The notes: a model not told the origin generated them from the letters alone. DNA of 41,091 nucleotides from an uncultured bacterium (GCA_965651545.1 CBFGSY010000002.1:1-41091), one strand, 5' to 3'; counted from the first letter of the stretch, positions 24,119 to 31,483 are shown. Translations and numbers: made by a program.

Positions 24119-25561
24119 ATGTCCGCCGCCTCCCTTCCCGTGGTTGCCATCGTCGGCCGTCCGAACGTCGGCAAGTCGACGCTGTTCAACCGCCTGATCG
24201 GCGAGCGCCTGGCGATCGTCGAGGACATTCCGGGCACAACTCGCGACCGCGTCTACGCAACGGGCGACTGGAACGGGCGCGAGTACATGGTCGTGGACAC
24301 CGGTGGCCTGGAGCTGGATCCCGGCACGCACATCGAGGCGCGCGTCCAGGACCAGGCCCGCGTCGCCATGGACGAGGCGGACGTCATCCTATTCGTGGTC
24401 GACGCTGCCGCCGGCCTTGCGCCACTCGACCACGAGGTTGCCGATCGCCTGCGGCGGACATCCAAGCCGACCATCCTGGTGGTCAACAAGGCCGACAACC
24501 CGCGCCGCGAGCTGGAGGGTGCCGAGTTCTACGCGCTCGGCGTGGAACCGGCAATCATGGTCAGCGCCCAGCATGGCCGGAACACCGGCGACCTCGCCGA
24601 CCTGATCGTCGAGGCGCTGCCGCCGGCGACGGAGCCGCAGGCAACGGTCCATGCCGATGAGGACCTTTCAGAGGCCGAGCTCGAGGAGCTGGCCGAGATC
24701 GAGATGGGGCCACCGCGGGTGGCCATCGTCGGGCGCCCGAACACTGGCAAGTCGACCTTCGTCAATCGCGTTCTCGGCCAGGAGCGGATGATCGTGTCCG
24801 ACATCCCGGGGACGACCCGAGATCCGGTCGACACCGCCGTTGTCGTCGACGACGAGCCTCTCATCCTCGTGGACACCGCCGGCATCCGCCGGCGGGGATC
24901 GGTCCAGCGGGGGATCGAGCGCTACTCGGTCCTGCGTTCGATGAAGGCCATCGACCGTGCCGACGTGGCCGTCGTGCTCACCGATGCCACCGAGGGCTAC
25001 ACCGCCCAGGACGCGCACGTGGTCGGGCATGTGCTGGAAGCCGGCAAGGGCATCGTGCTGGTCATCAACAAGTGGGACGCCGTCGAGAAGGACGGCCATA
25101 CCGCCGACGAGTGGCTGCGGGTCCTGCGCCGCGAGGCCCCATACCTCGCCTGGGCCGATATCGTCTTCGCCTCCGCGCTCACCGGCCAGCGGGTGGAGCG
25201 CATCCTGCGTGAGGCCCGGCGCGTCGCCGAGGAGCGCTACCGCCGCGTACCGACCGCCGACCTCAACCGGGTCGTTACGGACGCGGTCCGCGCCCACCCG
25301 CCGTCACACGTCCGCAACCGGCTGGGAAAGATCCTGTACGCGACCCAGGTTTCGGTGGCGCCGCCGACCTTCGTGATCTTCGTCAACGACCCGGAACTCA
25401 TCCACTTCAGCTATCGCCGCTACCTGGAGAACCGGATCCGGGACGAGTGGGGCTTCCTGGGGACGCCGATCAGGCTCATCTTCCGCGCCCGGGAGTCGAC
25501 CCAGGCCGCTCGCCGCGCCGCCCGTCCCCGCCGAAAGCCAGCGGGTTCTCGACGCCGCTGA
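24119..25561 (+). CDS. der: ribosome-biogenesis GTPase Der (EngA), with a basic C-terminal tail
   Basis: Two G domains (GRPNVGKSTLFNRL ... DTGG ... NKAD; GRPNTGKSTFVNRV ... DTAG ... NKWD) plus a KH-like C-terminus. It starts 9 nt after the paralog-2 stop. Confidence 0.95.
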   Translation: MSAASLPVVAIVGRPNVGKSTLFNRLIGERLAIVEDIPGTTRDRVYATGDWNGREYMVVDTGGLELDPGTHIEARVQDQARVAMDEADVILFVVDAAAGLAPLDHEVADRLRRTSKPTILVVNKADNPRRELEGAEFYALGVEPAIMVSAQHGRNTGDLADLIVEALPPATEPQATVHADEDLSEAELEELAEIEMGPPRVAIVGRPNTGKSTFVNRVLGQERMIVSDIPGTTRDPVDTAVVVDDEPLILVDTAGIRRRGSVQRGIERYSVLRSMKAIDRADVAVVLTDATEGYTAQDAHVVGHVLEAGKGIVLVINKWDAVEKDGHTADEWLRVLRREAPYLAWADIVFASALTGQRVERILREARRVAEERYRRVPTADLNRVVTDAVRAHPPSHVRNRLGKILYATQVSVAPPTFVIFVNDPELIHFSYRRYLENRIRDEWGFLGTPIRLIFRARESTQAARRAARPRRKPAGSRRR

Positions 25562-25567
25562 GTCTGC

Positions 25568-25593
25568 GGGGAGGCTGCGCGGGGAGGCTGCGC
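25568..25593. repeat. perfect tandem duplication of the 13-mer GGGGAGGCTGCGC
   Basis: Read directly. It begins 7 nt after the der stop codon. Confidence 0.9.
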
Positions 25594-25829
25594 GATTCTG
25601 GCCAATGTTGCGTGGATTGGCACGTATGCCAGTTCCTGGCGTCCGCGGGGACGTGCCCTGAGCGTGGACGGCCGCGGGAACCTGGCCACATTCCCACCAG
25701 GTGACGCATCTGGCCAGGTCTCTGCCGATGATTCCGACTTAGCTGCCATGTGGTGCAAATCTGGCCAGAATCCGGAGCCCGCTCGCCGATCGGTCCACCC
25801 AGGGGGACGGCACCCGTCCTCACCTCGGC

Positions 25830-25835
25830 TATGCT
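25830..25835 (+). promoter_or_regulatory. candidate -10 hexamer TATGCT, 8 nt upstream of the ArsA-like ATG (leaderless-type)
   Basis: ggcTATGCTcgtggcagATG read directly. There is no SD. Confidence 0.25.
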
Positions 25836-25843
25836 CGTGGCAG

Positions 25844-27040
25844 ATGGCCCGGATCCTTCTCTACACCGGCAAGGGCGGGGTCGGGAAGACGAGCGTGGCC
25901 GCTGCCACCGCCCTGACGGCGGCGGATCGCGGCCTGCGCACCATGATCGTCTCCACCGACATCGCCCACTCCCTGGGCGATGCCTTCACCGTGGAGCTGG
26001 GACCTGAGCCCACACTCATCGCGCCCAACCTGTGGGGCCAGGAATCGGACGTCTTCCATAACGTCACGAAATACTGGGGCCGCATCCAGTCCTACGCGGC
26101 CAGCGTCCTGCGGTGGCGGGGCCTGGACGACGTGCTGGCCGAGGAGATGACCGTGCTCCCCGGCATGGACGAGGTCGGCGCGCTGCTGTGGATCGCGGAG
26201 CATCACGACTCGGGCGACTATGACGTGATCGTGGTTGACGCGGCGCCCACCGGCGAGACGCTGCGCCTCCTCTCCCTGCCGGACGCTGCGCGATGGTGGA
26301 TGGAGAAGATCGAGCCCATCGGGCGGCGTATCTCGAAGCTGACGGGTCCCATCGTCCAGCGCGTGGTGGGCATGCCCATGCCCGGCAGCGACGTATTCGA
26401 TGCCGGTGAAGAGCTGTTTCGCAAGCTCGAGCACATGCACGACTTGCTGATCGACCCGGATCGGACCTCGGTGCGCGTCGTGCTCACCCTGGAGCAGGTT
26501 GTCATCAAGGAGGCGCAGCGCTCCTTCACCTACTTCCACCTGTACGGGTATCCGACGGACCTCGTGATCGCCAATCGCATCCTGCCCGATCATGCCTGGC
26601 AGTACTTCCGCGGCTGGTATGAGGCGCAGCAGCGAAACGGACCGATCGTGGAGCAGACCTTCGCGCCCATACCCGTCCGGTACGCCCCGTTCTTCGATCG
26701 GGAGGTGGTCGGCCTGGAGATGCTCCGCCAGCTGGGCCGCGCGCTCTACGAGGAGACCGATCCGACCATGCCGTACTACCGCGGCAGACCGTATTCGGTG
26801 ACCCGCGAGGACGGTGAGTTCGTGCTCAGTGTCGAGCTGCCGTTCGCATCGAAGGACGAGATCGCGCTCTCGCGTCATGCCGATGAGGTCGTGATCGACG
26901 TGGGGACATGGCGCCGCAACCTGGTCTTGCCGCGGGCGCTGGTCGAGGCACCGACCAACGGCGCGCGATTCGACGACCAGGTGCTCAAGATCCGGTTCGC
27001 GGCCCCGCCGCGCAGCAATGGAGGTGGACCTCGTGGATGA
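25844..27040 (+). CDS. ArsA/Get3-family P-loop ATPase with a C-terminal HSP20/alpha-crystallin-like domain
   Basis: Deviant Walker A MARILLYTGKGGVGKTSVAAA and DAAPTGETLRLLSLPD (ArsA signature region). The C-terminal YSVTREDGEFVLSVELPFASKDEIALSRHADEVVIDVGTWRRNLVLP looks like an HSP20-like beta sandwich. ATG 25844 was chosen because the upstream 60 codons of the track ORF are not protein-like. Confidence 0.85.
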   Translation: MARILLYTGKGGVGKTSVAAATALTAADRGLRTMIVSTDIAHSLGDAFTVELGPEPTLIAPNLWGQESDVFHNVTKYWGRIQSYAASVLRWRGLDDVLAEEMTVLPGMDEVGALLWIAEHHDSGDYDVIVVDAAPTGETLRLLSLPDAARWWMEKIEPIGRRISKLTGPIVQRVVGMPMPGSDVFDAGEELFRKLEHMHDLLIDPDRTSVRVVLTLEQVVIKEAQRSFTYFHLYGYPTDLVIANRILPDHAWQYFRGWYEAQQRNGPIVEQTFAPIPVRYAPFFDREVVGLEMLRQLGRALYEETDPTMPYYRGRPYSVTREDGEFVLSVELPFASKDEIALSRHADEVVIDVGTWRRNLVLPRALVEAPTNGARFDDQVLKIRFAAPPRSNGGGPRG

Positions 27041-27302
27041 CCGAATGCGTACCGAAGACCTGGAGGCGCGGATCGGCGAACTGGAGCGACGCATGCGCGG
27101 CGGCGATCGCCGGGCCAGCATGGAGACGGCGTTCTGGGCGTTGATGCGCGACATCTTTCCGGAGGAGACGCGCAAGCACATGAAGGCGGCCGGTCGTGAG
27201 CAGCTGATGGCCGCGCGCAGCTACCTCGATCATTGGATCGCGAAGCTGGACGAGCAGCGCGACGCCGCTCCGCCGGAGCGCGAGAAGATCGCGGTCGAGT
27301 AG
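27033..27302 (+). CDS. small helical/coiled-coil hypothetical protein (~85-94 aa), overlapping the ArsA-like gene end
   Basis: GGAGG at 27020-27024 lies 8 nt upstream of in-frame GTG 27033. Alternative starts are ATG 27018 and ATG 27045. The translation ...RTEDLEARIGELERRMRG...AFWALMRDIFPEETRKHMKAAGREQLMAARSYLDHWIAKLDEQ is helical. I recognise no family. Confidence 0.55.
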   Translation: MDDRMRTEDLEARIGELERRMRGGDRRASMETAFWALMRDIFPEETRKHMKAAGREQLMAARSYLDHWIAKLDEQRDAAPPEREKIAVE

Positions 27303-27310
27303 GAGCGCCG

Positions 27311-28321
27311 GTGACGGATCAGATCGGCGTCATCGGGGCCGGCGCGTGGGGCACCACCCTGGCGGTCCGCCTGGCCGAGGGCGAGCGGCCGGTCACCATC
27401 TGGGCCCACAGCGCAGAGGCCAACGAGCGTCTCGCACTCGACCGCGAGAATCGCCGCTACCTGCCGGGCGTCATCTTCCCGCCCAACGTGCGGGTGGCCA
27501 CTGACACATCCTTCCTGGCCGAGCCGCATCGGGCATACCTGCTGGCGGTGCCATCGGCGCACCTGCGCCGGGTCGTCAGCGCCCTGGAGCCGGAGCTGGA
27601 TCCCAATGCCTCGCTGCTCAGCCTGGTAAAGGGGATCGAGGAGGGCAGTCATCTGCGCATGAGCGAGGTCCTGACCGAGGAGCTGCCGGGGCGCCGGGTG
27701 GCGGTGTTATCGGGCCCCAACCTGGCCAGGGAGATCGCGGCGGGGAAGCCAGCCGGCAGCGTGGTCGCCTCCGACGACGCGACCCTGGCGCAGGAGATGG
27801 CCGGGCTGCTGGCAACCGATCGGTTCCGCGTCTACACCAATCCGGATGTGGTGGGTGTCGAGCTGTGCGGCGCGCTCAAGAACGTGGTGGCCCTGGCGGC
27901 GGGCATGGTCGACGGGCTGGGCTTCGGCGACTCGGCAAAGGCGGGGATCATCACCCGCGGCCTGGCGGAGATGACCCGACTGGGCGTGGCGGCGGGGGCG
28001 AACCAGCTCACGTTCGCCGGCCTGGCGGGCGTTGGCGACCTGATCGCGACCTGCATGAGCCCCCTCTCGCGCAACCGCCGAGCCGGCGAGCTGATGGGGT
28101 CGGGCACGCCCTGGACCGATGCCGAGGCCATGCTCAACGGCGTGGCCGAGGGCGTGACCACCGTGCGCGGTGCGTTGGCGCTGGCTGCCGCTCACGGTGT
28201 CGAGCTGCCGATCGCGCAGCAGGTGGCAGCCGTCGTGCATGATGGACGACCGCCAATGGAGGCTGTTGCCGAGCTGATGGGTCGTGAGCTGAAGGATGAG
28301 TTGGCCGGTGCCCGGTCGTAG
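27311..28321 (+). CDS. gpsA: NAD(P)H-dependent glycerol-3-phosphate dehydrogenase
   Basis: AGGAG at 27301-27305 precedes GTG 27311. Motifs: IGVIGAGAWGTTLA, LSGPNLAREIA, GALKNVVALAAGM. Confidence 0.93.
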   Translation: MTDQIGVIGAGAWGTTLAVRLAEGERPVTIWAHSAEANERLALDRENRRYLPGVIFPPNVRVATDTSFLAEPHRAYLLAVPSAHLRRVVSALEPELDPNASLLSLVKGIEEGSHLRMSEVLTEELPGRRVAVLSGPNLAREIAAGKPAGSVVASDDATLAQEMAGLLATDRFRVYTNPDVVGVELCGALKNVVALAAGMVDGLGFGDSAKAGIITRGLAEMTRLGVAAGANQLTFAGLAGVGDLIATCMSPLSRNRRAGELMGSGTPWTDAEAMLNGVAEGVTTVRGALALAAAHGVELPIAQQVAAVVHDGRPPMEAVAELMGRELKDELAGARS

Positions 28322-28673
28322 GTTTCTCGTATTCGTGGTCAGCATCGGATCCGTGCTGATCGGTGCCATGCTGGTTGCCATCGGCTGGATTACCCGCAGC
28401 GACCGCACAGCCGCGGCCGGCAAGCGGCGCTTCCATGGGCATGCGTTCGAGCGGCGCTGGATCCCGGATGACGCGGAGCGCGAGCGACACGCGGAGATCG
28501 TGGCCGATCGCCTGGAGCTGAACACGCGGCAGCCGGGGGAGGTCAGCCTGGCGGACGCGGCGACTCAACTTGGCGTGACGGTCGGGACCATTCGACGCCG
28601 TGTCAAGCGCGGGGAGCTGAAGGCCGTCTATCGCAACGAACGGCTGGCCGGCGTCATCCTGGACGCGGAGTAG
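28296..28673 (+). CDS. membrane-anchored protein with a C-terminal excisionase/MerR-type helix-turn-helix
   Basis: N-terminal TM helix FLVFVVSIGSVLIGAMLVAIGWI. C-terminal SLADAATQLGVTVGTIRRRVKRGELKAV (HTH_17-like). It overlaps the gpsA 3' end by 26 nt. GTG 28308 is an alternative start. Confidence 0.6.
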   Translation: MSWPVPGRRFLVFVVSIGSVLIGAMLVAIGWITRSDRTAAAGKRRFHGHAFERRWIPDDAERERHAEIVADRLELNTRQPGEVSLADAATQLGVTVGTIRRRVKRGELKAVYRNERLAGVILDAE

Positions 28674-28701
28674 TCGTTACTCTCTAGGGCCGGGCATAAT
28701 G

Positions 28702-28734
28702 GGCGCCTCATCGGCGCCTCATCGGCGCCTCGGT
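28702..28734. repeat. 11-bp tandem repeat (GGCGCCTCATC x2 plus a partial third copy GGCGCCTCGGT) immediately 5' of tRNA-Pro
   Basis: Read directly. A CATAAT hexamer (28695-28700) lies just upstream. Confidence 0.85.
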
Positions 28735-28811
28735 CGGGGCGTAGCGCAGTCTGGTAGCGCACCTGAATGGGGTTCAGGAGGTCGAAGGTTCGAATCCTTT
28801 CGCCCCGACCA
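28735..28811 (+). tRNA. tRNA-Pro, anticodon GGG, with encoded CCA
   Basis: Hand-folded cloverleaf: acceptor CGGGGCG/CGCCCCG, D stem GCGC/GCGC, anticodon stem CCTGA/TCAGG with loop AT-GGG-GT, 5-nt variable loop, T arm GAAGG-TTCGAAT-CCTTT, discriminator A, and CCA. Confidence 0.92.
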
Positions 28812-28846
28812 TCAATCCGCGCACGAGAGCTGGGAGTTGCGTGCTC

Positions 28847-29740
28847 CTACGTGGCCGGAACTCGGATCTCGAAGATCCTTCCGTCGTTCTCGCTGGGGTC
28901 GGTTCCGTTGTCAACACCACGGTCAGTGATGTAGAGGCTCCTGCGCGCCGGATTTCCGCTGGCAGGGCCATAGGTCAAGCCCGAGGGATTACGGATCCCC
29001 ATGGATCCCACGTCGATGATCCGTCGCAGCCGGCCGGACGTGGTGATCTCGGCGATGCCGCCCGGCGTGTTGCCGACAACGAAGAGGGTCCTCGAGGCTG
29101 CTCGGTAGGCGATGCCTTCGAGGTCCCGGATGCCGAACCTCTCGACATCAAACGAGATGATTTTGTCGTCCGACCCGGGTCCGTCGAAGCGGCCGTCGGC
29201 ACCGGGACCGATTCGGTACACGTTGTTGTTCGACCCGTCGCCCATCCACAGAAAACGGCCACCGAGAGCCAGCGCCTCGGGATCCTGGGCGCCGAACGGC
29301 CCGGTTGCAAAGCTGCGCCAGTGGTCGTCGGATGTGCCGTACCGGCCATCCCGACCGACGTTGACGATGTAGATCAGCCCCTTGACCCCGTTGAGACTGA
29401 GGTCGTGCGAGAAGTACCACACGTTCCGCCGGCGGTCGATGGCGAGGTCGGTCGGCTCGTTGCTGAAGCGTAGGGTGCTCAGACTCCGCTTCACCTTTCC
29501 AGCAGGTGTGACGCGCCACATATTCGCCCCGCTGAAGAGCGCGGTCTCCTCGACCTCTGAGTCGACGACGATCAACACGCCTGTCCGCGTGAACGCGATG
29601 CCCGTGGGGTCCGGGCTGGGAGGGCGCCATTCCGAAGCCTGGATGACTCTGCGGACGGGACTGCTCCCGGCCCCAGCCGATGCCACCAGCCCGAGGGCGA
29701 GAATGAGCGCTGCCGGCACGAAGATGTAGCGATGCACCAT
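28847..29740 (-). CDS. secreted beta-propeller protein (SdiA-regulated / phytase-like-esterase type repeats; family uncertain)
   Basis: The start at ATG 29740 gives the signal peptide MVHRYIFVPAALILALGLVASAGA. Recurrent blade motifs are DPTGIAF, EPTDLAI, DPEALAL, DLEGIAY, NPSGLTY. The 123 upstream codons of the track ORF are Arg-rich junk. Confidence 0.7.
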   Translation of the reverse strand: MVHRYIFVPAALILALGLVASAGAGSSPVRRVIQASEWRPPSPDPTGIAFTRTGVLIVVDSEVEETALFSGANMWRVTPAGKVKRSLSTLRFSNEPTDLAIDRRRNVWYFSHDLSLNGVKGLIYIVNVGRDGRYGTSDDHWRSFATGPFGAQDPEALALGGRFLWMGDGSNNNVYRIGPGADGRFDGPGSDDKIISFDVERFGIRDLEGIAYRAASRTLFVVGNTPGGIAEITTSGRLRRIIDVGSMGIRNPSGLTYGPASGNPARRSLYITDRGVDNGTDPSENDGRIFEIRVPAT

Positions 29741-29877
29741 GCGTCCTGCTAAACCGCGGCTACCCGCTTCCGACGCACGGTAGCGGGGGGATTCGATGGA
29801 ACGCGGCGATGTGCAGGCGCGATGCCACCGATCGCATCTTGTTGCCAGGAAGCAACGTCGACTGGCCTGCAGTGGGC

Positions 29878-30204
29878 TCAAGCGCGCCCGATGACATCCT
29901 CCCCGAAGCGCTCGATGGAGTCGCTGTCCGCGACGTCCGGCAGAACCATGAAGACTCCCTAGGCGCCGGCTTGCTCGAGCCCTGAGAGTCGCTCGAGGAG
30001 CAGGTCTGGCTCGGCGATACTGGGGCCGGATTCGGCGGTTGCACGATGAAGCTGGTCGATCGGCCAGCGATCGCAAGCTTCGAGCAGACGATTCAGCGTG
30101 AGTATCCACGGCGAACCGGCCTGCAGCCGCGGATCATTGCAGTCGAGCCCGGCCGTGCCGCCCGGGCCTCTCTCGAAGTTCGGGCGGATCCTTCCCCCGA
30201 CCAA
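29878..30204 (-). pseudogene. C-terminal remnant of a luciferase-like (LLM-class) oxidoreductase, interrupted by an in-frame TAG
   Basis: The minus-strand frame reads ...EPDLLLERLSGLEQAGA-TAG-GVFMVLPDVADSDSIERFGEDVIGRA-TGA. This matches the usual LLM C-terminus (G.pe.v.e.l..l.eaGvd.l.l ... erfaeeViP.l). There is no N-terminal half because the frame is cut off at the ABM-like gene. Confidence 0.4.
30188..30203 (+). repeat. degenerate direct copy of the tRNA-Pro 3' end (candidate att remnant)
   Basis: ATCCTT-C-CCCCGACCA here versus ATCCTT-TCG-CCCCGACCA at 28794-28811. The orientation is the same and the copy lies 1.4 kb downstream of the tRNA. Confidence 0.35.
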
Positions 30205-30205
30205 A

Positions 30206-30610
30206 TCACGGCCGCGCGCAGGCCGCCGGTGGTGCCTTCACGGAGACACGCGCTCCCTCTCCCAGTGCCGCACCCTTCCGGCGCAGCAACCCGAGCGCCT
30301 TCTCGCTGAGAACGCCATAGACCGTGATCTCGCGGAGCTTGATCAGGTGCGCGAGCTTGGCGAACTCATCCCGCGCGATGTCCAGGTGGAACTCGAGGGA
30401 TGCTGAATCGGGATGCATCGCGAACACGGTCATTTGTTGGACTGGCTCGTCGAAGTAGAACCCGTACGCAATCAACCGGGGTTCATTGGCCTCGACGAAC
30501 TCCACCAGCTTGCTGACTCCGGCGCGCAATTCACCAAGCGCCCCCGGCAGCACGTCGGATCGATCCAGGTACACGATCAGCTCAGGGCTTCCACCGACCA
30601 GGTTGCTCAC
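30206..30610 (-). CDS. small ABM/Dabb-like (ferredoxin-fold) hypothetical protein, ~134 aa
   Basis: GTG 30610 is preceded by GGAGAG 7 nt upstream. The core is ELIVYLDRSDVLPGALGELRAGVSKLVEFVEANEPRLIAYGFYFDEPVQQMTVFAMHPDSASLEFHL. The family call is tentative. An alternative start is ATG 30679. The remaining upstream part of the 225-aa track ORF is Ser/Ala junk. Confidence 0.55.
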   Translation of the reverse strand: MSNLVGGSPELIVYLDRSDVLPGALGELRAGVSKLVEFVEANEPRLIAYGFYFDEPVQQMTVFAMHPDSASLEFHLDIARDEFAKLAHLIKLREITVYGVLSEKALGLLRRKGAALGEGARVSVKAPPAACARP

Positions 30611-30722
30611 GGTTGCTCTCTCCAAGTCTGCGGATCCAATTATTCGCCGCTGAGCAATGTGCGGTGAGGTTCGCCACATCAGACCAGACTGGAGACCGGC
30701 CCGGCAGCGCTTCGCGCGTACC

Positions 30723-30926
30723 ATGGCTTCCGTGACGCCTGAAGAGGCGATGGGTGACGTCGTGAAGACCACCGCCCGACTGGCGACCGCGGCCGGCGCA
30801 GGAGAGCTCCTTGTAGCGGAGGCGGCGGCGATTGCCGCGGGCATTGACTCATCCACGCACGAACTCCGAGCGCTGGAGCTCAAGGGGAAGAGCGTCGCGA
30901 CGTCGGTCGTCGTCGTTCAGCTGTGA
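30723..30926 (+). pseudogene. orphan C-terminal fragment of a class III cyclase catalytic domain (67 codons)
   Basis: MGDVVKTTARLATAAGAGELLVAEAAA...HELRALELKGKSVATSVVVV parallels TGDAVNVAARLEQAAGPGEIVLG...PALELKGKAEPMEAYRLV of the large paralogs. The catalytic Asn is replaced (VN to VK). There is no upstream cyclase sequence. The end overlaps the GNAT start by 4 nt. Confidence 0.35.
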
Positions 30927-31483
30927 CCCCTCGTCCGATCGATCCGATCCGCACCGACCGTCTGCTGCTGCGACCGTTCACGCCCGATGACCTCGATGCG
31001 CTGCATGCCATGTTCGGCTCGGAGCAGGTCGTCCGCTACCTCGACCATGGCCCGATGACTCGCGAGGCGACCGCCGCGCTCCTCGACCGCATCATGCCGT
31101 ACAGCGGAATCGACGAGGTAGCCGGGGCCCTCCGCCTCGCCGTTGTGCTTCCTGGCTCCGGTGAATTGATCGGCGACATCAGCCTGTGGCGCACGAGCGG
31201 CGAACATCGGCAGGGCGAGATCGGCTTCGTCATCCATCCCGACCACCAGCGACGAGGCTACGCATTCGAGGGCATGTCGGAGCTTCTGCGCATCGGCTTC
31301 GAGGAGGCGGGCTTCCATCGGATCGTCGGGCGCTGCGCCGCGCCCAACACAGCCTCCGCGGCCCTCATGGAGCGGCTCGGCATGCGCCGTGAGGCACACT
31401 TCCGAGAGAACATGTTTGTCAAGGGGGCGTGGTCGGACGAGCTGGTGTTCGCCATCCTCGCCAGCGAGTGGGCGGTGCGATGA
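30923..31483 (+). CDS. GNAT-family N-acetyltransferase (RimJ/RimL-like)
   Basis: RTDRLLLRPFTPDDLDALHAMF..., GEIGFVIHPDHQRRGYAFEGM, and HRIVGRCAAPNTASAALMERLGMRRE. Confidence 0.85.
   Translation: MTPRPIDPIRTDRLLLRPFTPDDLDALHAMFGSEQVVRYLDHGPMTREATAALLDRIMPYSGIDEVAGALRLAVVLPGSGELIGDISLWRTSGEHRQGEIGFVIHPDHQRRGYAFEGMSELLRIGFEEAGFHRIVGRCAAPNTASAALMERLGMRREAHFRENMFVKGAWSDELVFAILASEWAVR

Noticed and set aside
25598-25767. Four CTGGCCA heptamers in the der/ArsA spacer, considered as a regulator-binding array.
   Set aside because: CTGGCC is a very common string throughout this GC-rich window (Leu-Ala codons). The spacing (84, 28, 51 bp) is irregular. I kept it only as a side note in the spacer finding.
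28702-28734. Short tandem repeats (11-mer x3 at 28702; 13-mer x2 at 25568), considered as CRISPR arrays.
   Set aside because: The units are directly adjacent with no spacers and are far shorter than CRISPR repeats. There are no cas genes in the window.
28812-28846. Possible bidirectional terminator hairpin between tRNA-Pro and the convergent beta-propeller gene (GCACG...CGTGC).
   Set aside because: Only a ~5-bp perfect stem with a long, partly mismatched loop is present. This is too weak to call.
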